A stretch of DNA of 64,000 nt from Parcubacteria group bacterium GW2011_GWF2_45_11 (GTDB lineage Bacteria; Patescibacteriota; Patescibacteriia; UBA1558; UBA10009). Of this stretch, positions 31,779 through 40,527 are shown piece by piece. The DNA is taken from positions 8,208 through 72,207 of the forward strand of contig LCKE01000001.1 of NCBI GenBank assembly GCA_001001205.1. The letters run 5' to 3'. The position numbers and the translations under genes are program-made. A model generated the notes under the pieces. The model was not told the DNA's origin and made no database searches. It saw only the letters and a program-made list of their open reading frames with translations. Positions within the stretch are counted from its first letter, which is position 1. Each line of letters starts with the position of its first letter.

Positions 31779-32081
31779 ATGAAATACAATAAACTGGTCA
31801 GGGATAACATCCCTGAAATCATCAAAAAAAAAGGCGGCCGGCCGCTGACTCATTGTGCCGGCGACCGGGAATATTGGATCATGCTTAAAGAAAAACTGGC
31901 CGAGGAAGTCAAAGAATTTGTTAACCATCCGGTGATGGAGGAACTGGCCGATATTCAGGAGGTGTTGGAAGCGATCAGCCATTATAAAAAATTTGATCTT
32001 AAAAAACTGTCCAAGATCAAAAAGGCCAAAGCAAAATCCAACGGGCGGTTTACCAAAAAAATAATTCTGGATGAGTCATAA
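31779..32081 (+). CDS. All-alpha NTP pyrophosphatase (HisE/MazG-like)
   Basis: Motifs YNKLVRDNIPEII, KLAEEVKEF, EELADIQEV. Confidence 0.85.
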   Translation: MKYNKLVRDNIPEIIKKKGGRPLTHCAGDREYWIMLKEKLAEEVKEFVNHPVMEELADIQEVLEAISHYKKFDLKKLSKIKKAKAKSNGRFTKKIILDES

Positions 32082-32116
32082 CGGTAAATACCATTTTAAA
32101 CAGCTAACTTAAAACC

Positions 32117-32377
32117 ATGGCAACTCTTGAAGAATTACAGCTTGAAATTGAAAAAGTTAAAAGTCGCAACCGGCATGTGGAAGCTGACAAAGCCTGGGAA
32201 ACGTGCTGGACCAGAAAAATTGTCATCTCGTTTTTCACCTATATCGTCATCGTGGTATTTTTTTATTTCGCCCGTCTGCCTCAGCCTTTTATCAATGCCG
32301 TTGTTCCGGCTGTAGCCTTTATTTTGTCCACGCTGACAATCCCGCTTTTTAGAAAATGGTGGCTCAAAAAAAGATAA
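32117..32377 (+). CDS. Conserved hypothetical two-TM protein
   Basis: RNRHVEADKAWET followed by two hydrophobic helices. Confidence 0.75.
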   Translation: MATLEELQLEIEKVKSRNRHVEADKAWETCWTRKIVISFFTYIVIVVFFYFARLPQPFINAVVPAVAFILSTLTIPLFRKWWLKKR

Positions 32378-32591
32378 ATGTAAATTCGCACTTCTTAAAG
32401 CCTCGTCCAGTTCAATGTCTGAGCGTGCCTCGTTTGATTTCCAAAAATAGAAAATGCCGCCAGTCGCGCATTACGTTTTGCGGCTTATTTTTTAGACCAA
32501 CGTCGGATTTTTTTGACTTCCTGATAAATCAAAAATCAGTTATAATTGGCTTAAGATATCTGTCCGAATAAAGCCTGATTAAGCATCAATT

Positions 32592-32999
32592 ATGGAAAAT
32601 TTACGACCTAAAATTGGCGTTGGCGTTATCGTCATCAAAAACAGTCAGGTATTAATGGGGCAAAGAAAAAACTCTCACGGGGCGGGTAGCTGGTCTTTTC
32701 CCGGCGGACATCTGGAATACCGGGAAACTCTGGCAGGCTGCGCCAGCCGCGAAGTTAAGGAAGAAACTGGTTTGGAGATCGCTAACGTTCGCCTGGCCAC
32801 CGTCACCAATGATATTTTTGAAGCCGAACAAAAACATTACGTCACCCTTTATCTTTTGGCTGATTATACCGGCGGCGCGCCCACGGTCAGAGAGCCGGAA
32901 AAATGCACCGGCTGGCAATGGTTTGATTGGCACGCCTTACCCAAGCCGCTGTTTTTGCCGGTGCAAAATTTGCTTAAAACTGGCTTCAAACCCTTTTAA
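32592..32999 (+). CDS. NUDIX hydrolase (NUDT15-like)
   Basis: Nudix box GGHLEYRETLAGCASREVKEETG and the segment EPEKC. Confidence 0.92.
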   Translation: MENLRPKIGVGVIVIKNSQVLMGQRKNSHGAGSWSFPGGHLEYRETLAGCASREVKEETGLEIANVRLATVTNDIFEAEQKHYVTLYLLADYTGGAPTVREPEKCTGWQWFDWHALPKPLFLPVQNLLKTGFKPF

Positions 33000-33099
33000 A
33001 TCATAACTGTTTCTACCAACATAAAGCCTGACCGCCCGCCACGACAACAAGACGGGTAGTTAACGCGTTACAAATAATCGTTAAATGATGCGCCTACCT

Positions 33100-33266
33100 T
33101 TGTCATTTTAACCGCGGACGGACTTTAGCGAGGCGGAGCGCACCTACCTCTGCGCCAAGCCGTTGTTTTGCTCCGGCAAAGGCAGGAAAAAATCCTTCAT
33201 ATCCTTTCTTTTAATTAAGGAGTTTATCCGCCCGTTCGCCATTAGGCTCACTCGGCGAAATGACAA
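33100..33266. repeat. Palindromic MITE/REP-like element, copy A
   Basis: Termini TTGTCATTT...AAATGACAA. The right part 33227-33283 closely matches 49387-49444. Confidence 0.8.
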
Positions 33267-33348
33267 ACAATTACTTAGCCCATTTAACCTATAACTTAAC
33301 GCTTAACTTTTCTTTTTTCTTAATTCATCATGTAACGCTTGACTTGTA

Positions 33349-34674
33349 ATGAAGCTAAAATTGCTTTTAACCCTGCTTACTTTTTTAATCCCGCTACAAC
33401 TGCTGGCCCGGACGGAAAATCCGGAAATCAGGGTTTTTGATTTTGAGGGCACCCTTTTAAAAACGATCAGCCTTAAAAATTACGGCTGGACCCAAACCGG
33501 AGACATTAAAGTAGCTGACCTTGGAACAGACGGCGTGCCGGAAATAATTTTGAGCGCTCCGGCCGGCGCCAAACCCTATATAAAAATTTACCGCTTGGAC
33601 GGTAGCCCGATTAATGAATTGCTGATTTATCCCGAGGCTTACTTGGGCGGGATCAACTTGGAAATCGCCGATCTTGACCAGGACGGCTATAAAGAAATCA
33701 TTACCGGCGCCACTTTTGGCGGCGGGCCGCATGTCATAATCCTTGACAGTCAGGGGCAAGTTATTAAGTCTTTTTTTGCTTTTGACCTGCTGGATAAGGG
33801 GGGAGTTAATGTCAGCGCCGGCAATCTTTACGGCGATGACAATCTGGAAATCGTAGTCAGCTCCAACGCCCATAACTACGTTAGGGTTTTTGATTCCGGC
33901 GGTAAAATCCTAAACGGCTTTGAGCTTAAAAACAGTTTTACCAATGGGCAAAAAATTGCGACTTTTGACCTGGGCTTAGACGGCCTGGCCGAAATCATCA
34001 CATACTCTAACGCCAGCGACCGGCCATACCTTAATCTTTACAACAACTACGGCGAGAGGCTTAACTCATTTTTGGTCTTTAACGAAAATTTTAGCGGCGG
34101 TTTTAACTTTGACTATCAGGGCTACCAGCTGTTTTTAGGCGCCGGCTTTGGCGGCGGGCCCCATCTTAAAATCGTTGACGGCTACACCAACACCATCAGC
34201 CAGTTTTTTACCGCCGAGCAAAACTTTTTAGGCGGCGTAATGTTCGCGGTTTATAATGATAAAATTTATACCCTGGCTGAACGTTTTGCCACGGCCGTTA
34301 TGCCGGAGAGCCAATATATTTTAATTGATCTTTCCGAACAAAAATTAAAATACTTCCGCGACGGATTTGCCATTTTTGACGAATCAATTTCTTCCGGCAC
34401 GGATTTTTACCCCACACCCGTTGGCCAATATCAAATTCTCAGCAAATCGCCCCTGGCCTATTCTTACACCTACGGCCTGTACATGCCCTTTTGGATGAAC
34501 TTTTATGCCAATTACGGAATTCATGAACTGCCTTACTGGCCTTCCGGCTACCGCGAGGGCGAAAGCCATTTAGGCACTAAAGTCTCTCATGGCTGCGTCC
34601 GCTTGGGCCTTGGCGCCGCGGAAAAATTATATAACCTGGCGACCATCGGCACTAAAGTTTATATTGAGGAATAG
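33349..34674 (+). CDS. Secreted L,D-transpeptidase (YkuD) with FG-GAP-like repeats
   Basis: Signal peptide, DLxxDG and GGGPH repeats, and C-terminal GIHE...SHGCVRL. Confidence 0.88.
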   Translation: MKLKLLLTLLTFLIPLQLLARTENPEIRVFDFEGTLLKTISLKNYGWTQTGDIKVADLGTDGVPEIILSAPAGAKPYIKIYRLDGSPINELLIYPEAYLGGINLEIADLDQDGYKEIITGATFGGGPHVIILDSQGQVIKSFFAFDLLDKGGVNVSAGNLYGDDNLEIVVSSNAHNYVRVFDSGGKILNGFELKNSFTNGQKIATFDLGLDGLAEIITYSNASDRPYLNLYNNYGERLNSFLVFNENFSGGFNFDYQGYQLFLGAGFGGGPHLKIVDGYTNTISQFFTAEQNFLGGVMFAVYNDKIYTLAERFATAVMPESQYILIDLSEQKLKYFRDGFAIFDESISSGTDFYPTPVGQYQILSKSPLAYSYTYGLYMPFWMNFYANYGIHELPYWPSGYREGESHLGTKVSHGCVRLGLGAAEKLYNLATIGTKVYIEE

Positions 34675-34748
34675 CCGGACTGCTAAATGGCCGATGCCTG
34701 ATTTTGCTCTTGAACTTTTTTTTTGTTGTGTTAATATATTCATAAGTT

Positions 34749-36446
34749 ATGCCCAGAAAAACCAAAATTGTCACCAGATCCAGGGTTTGGCTCACTTTTG
34801 TGGGCATTTTAGTTTTGGCGATTTTTGCCGGCCTGATTGATTATCCCAAACTGCCGGCGGATTTTCCCGGGCAGTCCTGGTTCAGTAAATTCACTCCCAA
34901 ACTGGGCTTGGATTTGCAGGGCGGTGCCCATTTGGTTTATCAAGCTGATGTTTCGGACATTCCTTCCGCTGACGCCGCTTCAGCCTTGGAAGGCGTCAGA
35001 GACGTTATTGAACAGCGGGTAAATGCTTTTGGGGTTTCCGAGCCGCTGGTGCAAACCGGCAGTAATAACCGCCTCATCATTGAACTGGCCGGCGTGACCG
35101 ACGTTAATCAGGCCATCCAGCAAATCGGCGAAACGCCGCTCCTGGAATTCAAAGAAATGTCAGAACCGCCGGCGCCAACGCCCTTAACGGCCGCAGAAAA
35201 AGAAGCCGCGGTTAAACACAACGAGGAAACCTTAAACACGGCCGACTCCATCATTCAGCAGCTAAACCAGGGAAGTGATTTTGGCGAACTGGCCCGCCAG
35301 TATTCCGAAGATCCCGGGTCAAAAGACAACGGCGGCGATTTAGACTTTGCCAAACGCAATACTTTTGTGCCGGAATTTGAAGAAGTTTTGTTTGATCAGC
35401 TTAAAATAAGCGAGATCACCCAGGCGCCTTTAAAAACTGAATTCGGTTACCATATTATCAAAAAACTGGACGAGCGCGGACAAGGAGAGGATTACGAAGT
35501 CAAAGGAGCGCATATTCTTTTAACCATTACTAACGAAGTCTATCAGTCGCAGGACAATCTAACCCTGGATTGGAATAATACCCAGCTATCCGGAAAAAAT
35601 TTAAAACGGTCCGCGGTGGAGTTTGATCCCAATTCCGGCCAGCCGGTTATTTCCCTGCAATTTGACGATCAAGGCCGGGAGCTTTTCGCGGCCATCACCA
35701 AGCGCAATTTGCAAAAGCCGGTCGCCATATTTTTAGACGGCCAGCCGATCAGTATACCCACCGTGCAGGAAGAAATCACCCAGGGTAGCGCCGTGATTTC
35801 CGGCAACTTTAATCTGGTAGAGGCCAAACTTCTGGCCCAGCGTTTGAACGCCGGCGCCCTGCCCGTGCCAATTGAGCTTATTAGCCAGCAGACAGTCGGT
35901 CCGGCTCTGGGCAAAATTTCTCTGCAAAAAAGTCTGATTGCCGGCTTTTTAGGCTTAATCATCGTCTCTTTATTCATGATTATCTTTTACCGCCTGCCCG
36001 GTCTGATGGCGGTCGTAGCCCTGTTTATTTACGGCTTGGTCGCTTTGGCGATTTTTGAACTGTGGCCGGTCACCCTGACTTTGGCTGGCATTGCCGGCTT
36101 TATCCTGTCTGTTGGCATGGCGGTTGACGCCAACGTTTTAATTTTTGAAAGAACCAAAGAGGAACTCCGAAACGGCAAGCCGATCGGCACAAGCGTTGAA
36201 GAAGGCTTTAACCGCGCCTGGTTTTCTATCAGAGACTCCAATTTTTCCAGCATCATCACCTGCGTTATCCTAGCCTGGTTCGGTTCCAGTCTAATCAAAG
36301 GCTTTGCCGTAACTTTGGCCATCGGTATTTTAATTTCCATGTTCAGCGCCATTACTGTCACCAGAACATTTTTGCGTTTAATGGCCGCAAAATACTTTGA
36401 GGATCACCCGTTCTTATTCGGGGTAAGTAAGAAAAAAGATGTTTAA
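34749..36446 (+). CDS. secD: Protein translocase subunit SecD with an inserted parvulin-type PPIase domain
   Basis: SecD motifs LGLDLQGG, RVNAFGVSEP, GMAVDANVLIFER. Insert FGELARQYSEDPGSKDNGGDL...TEFGYHIIK. Confidence 0.95.
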   Translation: MPRKTKIVTRSRVWLTFVGILVLAIFAGLIDYPKLPADFPGQSWFSKFTPKLGLDLQGGAHLVYQADVSDIPSADAASALEGVRDVIEQRVNAFGVSEPLVQTGSNNRLIIELAGVTDVNQAIQQIGETPLLEFKEMSEPPAPTPLTAAEKEAAVKHNEETLNTADSIIQQLNQGSDFGELARQYSEDPGSKDNGGDLDFAKRNTFVPEFEEVLFDQLKISEITQAPLKTEFGYHIIKKLDERGQGEDYEVKGAHILLTITNEVYQSQDNLTLDWNNTQLSGKNLKRSAVEFDPNSGQPVISLQFDDQGRELFAAITKRNLQKPVAIFLDGQPISIPTVQEEITQGSAVISGNFNLVEAKLLAQRLNAGALPVPIELISQQTVGPALGKISLQKSLIAGFLGLIIVSLFMIIFYRLPGLMAVVALFIYGLVALAIFELWPVTLTLAGIAGFILSVGMAVDANVLIFERTKEELRNGKPIGTSVEEGFNRAWFSIRDSNFSSIITCVILAWFGSSLIKGFAVTLAIGILISMFSAITVTRTFLRLMAAKYFEDHPFLFGVSKKKDV

Positions 36447-37515
36447 TATCATTCAGGCCAGAAAAATTTGGCTTTGCCTTTCCGGGCTACTGATTGTAGC
36501 CAGCGTTTTGGCTTTGATTTTTTGGGGCCTGCGTTTGGGCATAGATTTCACCGGTGGCAGCCTGTTGGAAGTGGAATTTTTAGAAAGCCGACCGGCCAGC
36601 GAAACTATCCAAGCTCAGCTTGACGAGCTTAAGCTGAAAACACTCCAGCTCCAGCCTACCGGCGAAAAAGGCCTGTTAATCAGAACTACGGCCTTAAGCG
36701 AAGAGCAACACCAGCTTATTTTGGAAAAAATAGACAGCTTGTTTGGGGAAGAAAATACCGCGACCGTTTCCGAGCCAACGGCCGGGCAAACCGAAAAAAC
36801 AGTCACCGTGCCTGCCTCAGCCATCGGCCTAACAGGCGAGGGGACGGAAAACCTAAGCGTGGATATTTCCGGCACCAATCTGGAACAGCTGGGTCTGGAA
36901 GGCATTGGCGTTAGCTCGGCCAGCGCCAGCCGGAATTTTACCGAGCTGAGGTTTGATTCTATCGGCCCGACCATTGGTAGCGAACTTAAACGCAAATCTT
37001 TTTACGCTATTATTGTGGTTTTACTGGCCATTATTTTATATATCGCTTACGCTTTCCGCAAAGTTTCCAAACCGGTTGAATCCTGGGTCTACGGCCTGTC
37101 CGCCATTATCGCCTTGGCCCACGACATCTTTATTATTACTGGCCTTTACGCTATTTTCGGTCACTTCTTTGATTTTCAGGCGGACGCTTTGTTCGTGACC
37201 GCCCTGCTGACTATTTTGGGCTTTTCCGTCCACGACACCATTGTCACTTTTGACCGCATTAGGGAAAATCTGCACCGCCACCAAGACGAAACTTTCATGG
37301 CCGTGGTCAATCGCAGTGTTAACGAAACTATTGTCCGTTCGCTGAACACTTCGCTGACCACTTTATTTGTTTTACTGTCCGTCTATCTCTTTGGCGGCGA
37401 CAGCATTAAAAATTTTGTCCTGACTCTGATGCTAGGCCTGATTATCGGCACCTATTCTTCTATTTTCATCGCCAGCCCGCTTTTGGTTATTTGGAACAAG
37501 CTTAAAAAAAACTAG
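36439..37515 (+). CDS. secF: Protein translocase subunit SecF
   Basis: Motifs GIDFTGG, GFSVHDTIVTFDRIRE, GTYSSIFIASP. Confidence 0.96.
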   Translation: MFNIIQARKIWLCLSGLLIVASVLALIFWGLRLGIDFTGGSLLEVEFLESRPASETIQAQLDELKLKTLQLQPTGEKGLLIRTTALSEEQHQLILEKIDSLFGEENTATVSEPTAGQTEKTVTVPASAIGLTGEGTENLSVDISGTNLEQLGLEGIGVSSASASRNFTELRFDSIGPTIGSELKRKSFYAIIVVLLAIILYIAYAFRKVSKPVESWVYGLSAIIALAHDIFIITGLYAIFGHFFDFQADALFVTALLTILGFSVHDTIVTFDRIRENLHRHQDETFMAVVNRSVNETIVRSLNTSLTTLFVLLSVYLFGGDSIKNFVLTLMLGLIIGTYSSIFIASPLLVIWNKLKKN

Positions 37516-37533
37516 ACTTGATTGATTAAACTT

Positions 37534-37562
37534 AAGCTTTCGGTCTGACTGGAGGCTTTTTT
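37534..37562 (+). terminator. Intrinsic terminator after secF
   Basis: AAGCTTTCGG-TCTGA-CTGGAGGCTT followed by a T run. Confidence 0.65.
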
Positions 37563-37641
37563 GTTTTAATTTAAATAATCAACTGAAATAGGCAAATGAT
37601 AATACCAATTAACCGGATTTTTTTGACTTTGTGTCAATATC

Positions 37642-37670
37642 TTGACGTATACTATCATTTATGCTATACT
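37642..37670 (+). promoter_or_regulatory. Sigma70-type promoter
   Basis: TTGACG-N17-TATACT with a TG extension. Confidence 0.7.
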
Positions 37671-37710
37671 TTGAATAATCTTAAAAATTGCCGCTATATT
37701 GGCCAAAAAT

Positions 37711-38838
37711 ATGACATACGAAGAATCAATTCTGGATAAAATAATTTCCACTCAACAGGCGAATATCATTAACGAATTTGACCCCAAAGAAATCGTCATT
37801 TCTTTGATTCAACCTTTATCCAGCAGGGAAATGGAAGTCATTACCCTTAGGCACGGGCTTGATCTTAAAGGCAAAAAAACCCTGGAGAAAATCGGCAACC
37901 AGTTTAATGTCACCCGAGAGAGAATCCGGCAGATAGAAAATTCCGCCATCAAAAAAATCAAGAAAAGCCCGGAATTATCGGAAAAAATTGGCACTGTTAA
38001 AAATGTTTTCCAGCAAACTTTGGAAAAACACGGCGGCATTATGCTGGAAGAATTGCTACTGGAAAAAACCCTGAGCAACGTTGGCGTTAACGAAGAAAAC
38101 AAAATCTATGTCAGCTTTATTCTCTCGCAATTATTGAGCGATCAGCTGAACTATGTTCCGGAATCGGACCAGCTTCACGCCGCCTGGAAACTGCCTTCAG
38201 CTTCGGTGGAGAGCCTGATCAGCCTTTTAGAGCTCACCCTAAAAACCATCAAAGAGATTAACGAGCCCGTGCCCTTGAGTGATATCCATGCCAGACTAGT
38301 CAATAACTACAAACACCAATTGCTGGAGGAATTGACGGAAGACATCCTGCTCTCTTATTTGCACTTAAGCAAGTACACTGAACAAAATCCCTATAAAGAA
38401 TGGGGTATGGCGGACTGGAACACGGTCACCCTCAAAAAAATCAGCGATAAAGTTTATTTGGTCCTTAAAAAGGAAGGCCAGCCTCTTCATTTTACCGCCA
38501 TCGCCGATAAAATTAATGAAACGGGTTTTGATCAAAAAATCGCCAACCCCGCCACGATTCACAACGAACTTATTTTGGATGACAAATACGTTTTAGTCGG
38601 CCGGGGCATGTATGCTTTAAGCGAATGGGGCTATAAACCAGGAACGGTGGCGGAAGTCATAACTGATATTTTAAAAAACAGCGAAAAACCTCTGAGTAAA
38701 AACGAAATCATCGCCAAGGTTCTGGAAAACCGCCTAGTGAAAAAAAGCACCATTATTTTGGCTTTGATGGACAAAAGCCGCTTTACCAAGACCGCTCAGG
38801 GGCACTACGCCCTGGCCGCGAATGCAACAGGGGATTAA
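37711..38838 (+). CDS. Protein with sigma-70 region-4 HTH and C-terminal winged HTH domains (RNAP delta/HARE-HTH-like)
   Basis: TLEKIGNQFNVTRERIRQIE and GQPLHFTAI...VGRGMYALSEWGY. No sigma region 2 is recognisable. Confidence 0.8.
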   Translation: MTYEESILDKIISTQQANIINEFDPKEIVISLIQPLSSREMEVITLRHGLDLKGKKTLEKIGNQFNVTRERIRQIENSAIKKIKKSPELSEKIGTVKNVFQQTLEKHGGIMLEELLLEKTLSNVGVNEENKIYVSFILSQLLSDQLNYVPESDQLHAAWKLPSASVESLISLLELTLKTIKEINEPVPLSDIHARLVNNYKHQLLEELTEDILLSYLHLSKYTEQNPYKEWGMADWNTVTLKKISDKVYLVLKKEGQPLHFTAIADKINETGFDQKIANPATIHNELILDDKYVLVGRGMYALSEWGYKPGTVAEVITDILKNSEKPLSKNEIIAKVLENRLVKKSTIILALMDKSRFTKTAQGHYALAANATGD

Positions 38839-38961
38839 GCTTTAAAATTGAGTTGTCAAGGCCGTAAATTTACTCTAAAATAAATTCAGCTGCCCTGAAA
38901 AATATAATTTATCGGTTCTGGGTCCGCTGACGGTTTTTTTAAAAACACCCTAAAAACAAAA

Positions 38962-40515
38962 ATGGAAATCACTATTGATCTAAGCCGACTCGTTTTTTTA
39001 AGTTCAAACAATCCAGCCCAATTAATCTGGTATATTTTCAGCCACGGCGGGTGGCTTATTTTTGTTATCGGCCTGCTGATCCTTATCTTTTACGTCAGGC
39101 TGATATGGCAAAGAAAAAAGTACGTTAAAAGCGTTGAACAAACCCTGCTGGCCATTGACATTCCCAAGGATAATGAGCAAAGCCTGATCGCGGTTGAACA
39201 AATTTTTGCCAGCCTGGCCGGCATCAAAAGCGGTCCAAATCTCTGGGAAAAATATTGGCTCGGCAAAGTCCAGCTTTGGTTTAGCCTGGAAATAATTTCC
39301 TTGGAGGGCTATATCCAGTTTTTGATCCGCACCCCGGTGATTTACCGCGATTTGGTGGAATCGGCTCTGTACGCCCAGTACCCGGAGGCAGAAATTACCG
39401 AAGTCAACGATTACATCAAACTTATTCCCGACGACGTCCACGAAATCAGCTCTGAACACAACATTTGGGCGACGGAATTCACTTTGGCCAAAAATAGCGC
39501 CTATCCCATTAAAACCTACAAATTTTTTGAACATCAGTTAAGCCAGTTGTTCATTGATCCTATGTCCGCTTTGCTGGAAGTTATGAGCAAGCTGGGCAAG
39601 GGGGAACAGCTGGCCATTCAACTGTTGATTGCGCCGGTCGGCGATCACTGGAAAGATAAAGGCCATGAGATCGTCGCTCATCTGATTGGAGAAAAATCTG
39701 ACGCACCCAAAAATTTAGGGGATAAAATCGTTGACAGTTCGGTTAAGGGACTGGAAAAATTCAGCGAGGCCGTCATTAAACTTTGGGGCGATATCAAGGA
39801 TGAGAGCCAAGAGGACAGCGCTAAAAACTACATTCAATACCTCACGCCCGGAGAAAGATTCGTGGTGGAGCGCATTCAGGCAAAATTGGCGCAAATAACT
39901 TTCGCCAGCAAATTCAGACTTTATTACCTGGCGCACAACGAGGTTTTTTCCAAAGGCAAGGGCGTTAACGCCATTTTAGGCGCAATCAACCAGTTTAACA
40001 CCTCCGATCTCAATGCCTTTAAAAAAAACAAGCGGACCGTAACGGATGTTGATTATTTTTTCGTCAAATCAAGGGTTTCCAAACGCCAGCGGAAATTCGT
40101 TAAATATTTTAAAATGAGATCATTGATGGACGGCGCCACGCCTTTTATGCTCTGTACGGAAGAATTGGCCACGCTTTACCATTTCCCGACGATTACCGTC
40201 AAAGCCCCGCTGATCAAAAAAGCCGAAGCTAAAAGAGCAGAACCGCCGACCGCTTTGCCGGTGGAGTTTATGTCGGGCAAAAATTTCTTTACGCCTAAGG
40301 AGGAAAAATCCGCCGAACAGCCCCAAGAAATTGAAACCGTCGGAACAGAACCGACTTATAAAATCGCGGAGTCGCTTTCCGGTTATGATTTTGACAACAA
40401 CTATTTTGAGGAGGCTTTTGCCAAAGACGAATCTTCAATTAAGCCGAGGCAAGACACGCCCTCAAGCAGTGACTCCGCTCCGGAGCCGCCGGACAATTTG
40501 CCCCTCAGCCGCTAA
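38962..40515 (+). CDS. Membrane-anchored hypothetical protein, probable partner of the downstream ATPase
   Basis: N-terminal TM helix, FSLEI, YAQYPEAEI, YPIKTY, EELATLYHFP, and an acidic tail ending PPDNLP. Confidence 0.75.
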   Translation: MEITIDLSRLVFLSSNNPAQLIWYIFSHGGWLIFVIGLLILIFYVRLIWQRKKYVKSVEQTLLAIDIPKDNEQSLIAVEQIFASLAGIKSGPNLWEKYWLGKVQLWFSLEIISLEGYIQFLIRTPVIYRDLVESALYAQYPEAEITEVNDYIKLIPDDVHEISSEHNIWATEFTLAKNSAYPIKTYKFFEHQLSQLFIDPMSALLEVMSKLGKGEQLAIQLLIAPVGDHWKDKGHEIVAHLIGEKSDAPKNLGDKIVDSSVKGLEKFSEAVIKLWGDIKDESQEDSAKNYIQYLTPGERFVVERIQAKLAQITFASKFRLYYLAHNEVFSKGKGVNAILGAINQFNTSDLNAFKKNKRTVTDVDYFFVKSRVSKRQRKFVKYFKMRSLMDGATPFMLCTEELATLYHFPTITVKAPLIKKAEAKRAEPPTALPVEFMSGKNFFTPKEEKSAEQPQEIETVGTEPTYKIAESLSGYDFDNNYFEEAFAKDESSIKPRQDTPSSSDSAPEPPDNLPLSR

Positions 40516-40527
40516 AACGCTTAGTTT

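Noticed and set aside
32378-32571. 71-aa ORF and an attC-like end (AAGCCGCAAAACGTAATGCGC, minus strand)
   Set aside because: The ORF has no recognisable features, the core reads GTA rather than GTT, and there is no matching left arm. Probably decayed sequence.
37623-37637. TTGAC-N5-GTCAA palindrome (also TTGAC-N6-GTCAA at 56932-56947) as an operator
   Set aside because: Spacing is inconsistent, and the sites can be explained by -35 hexamers.
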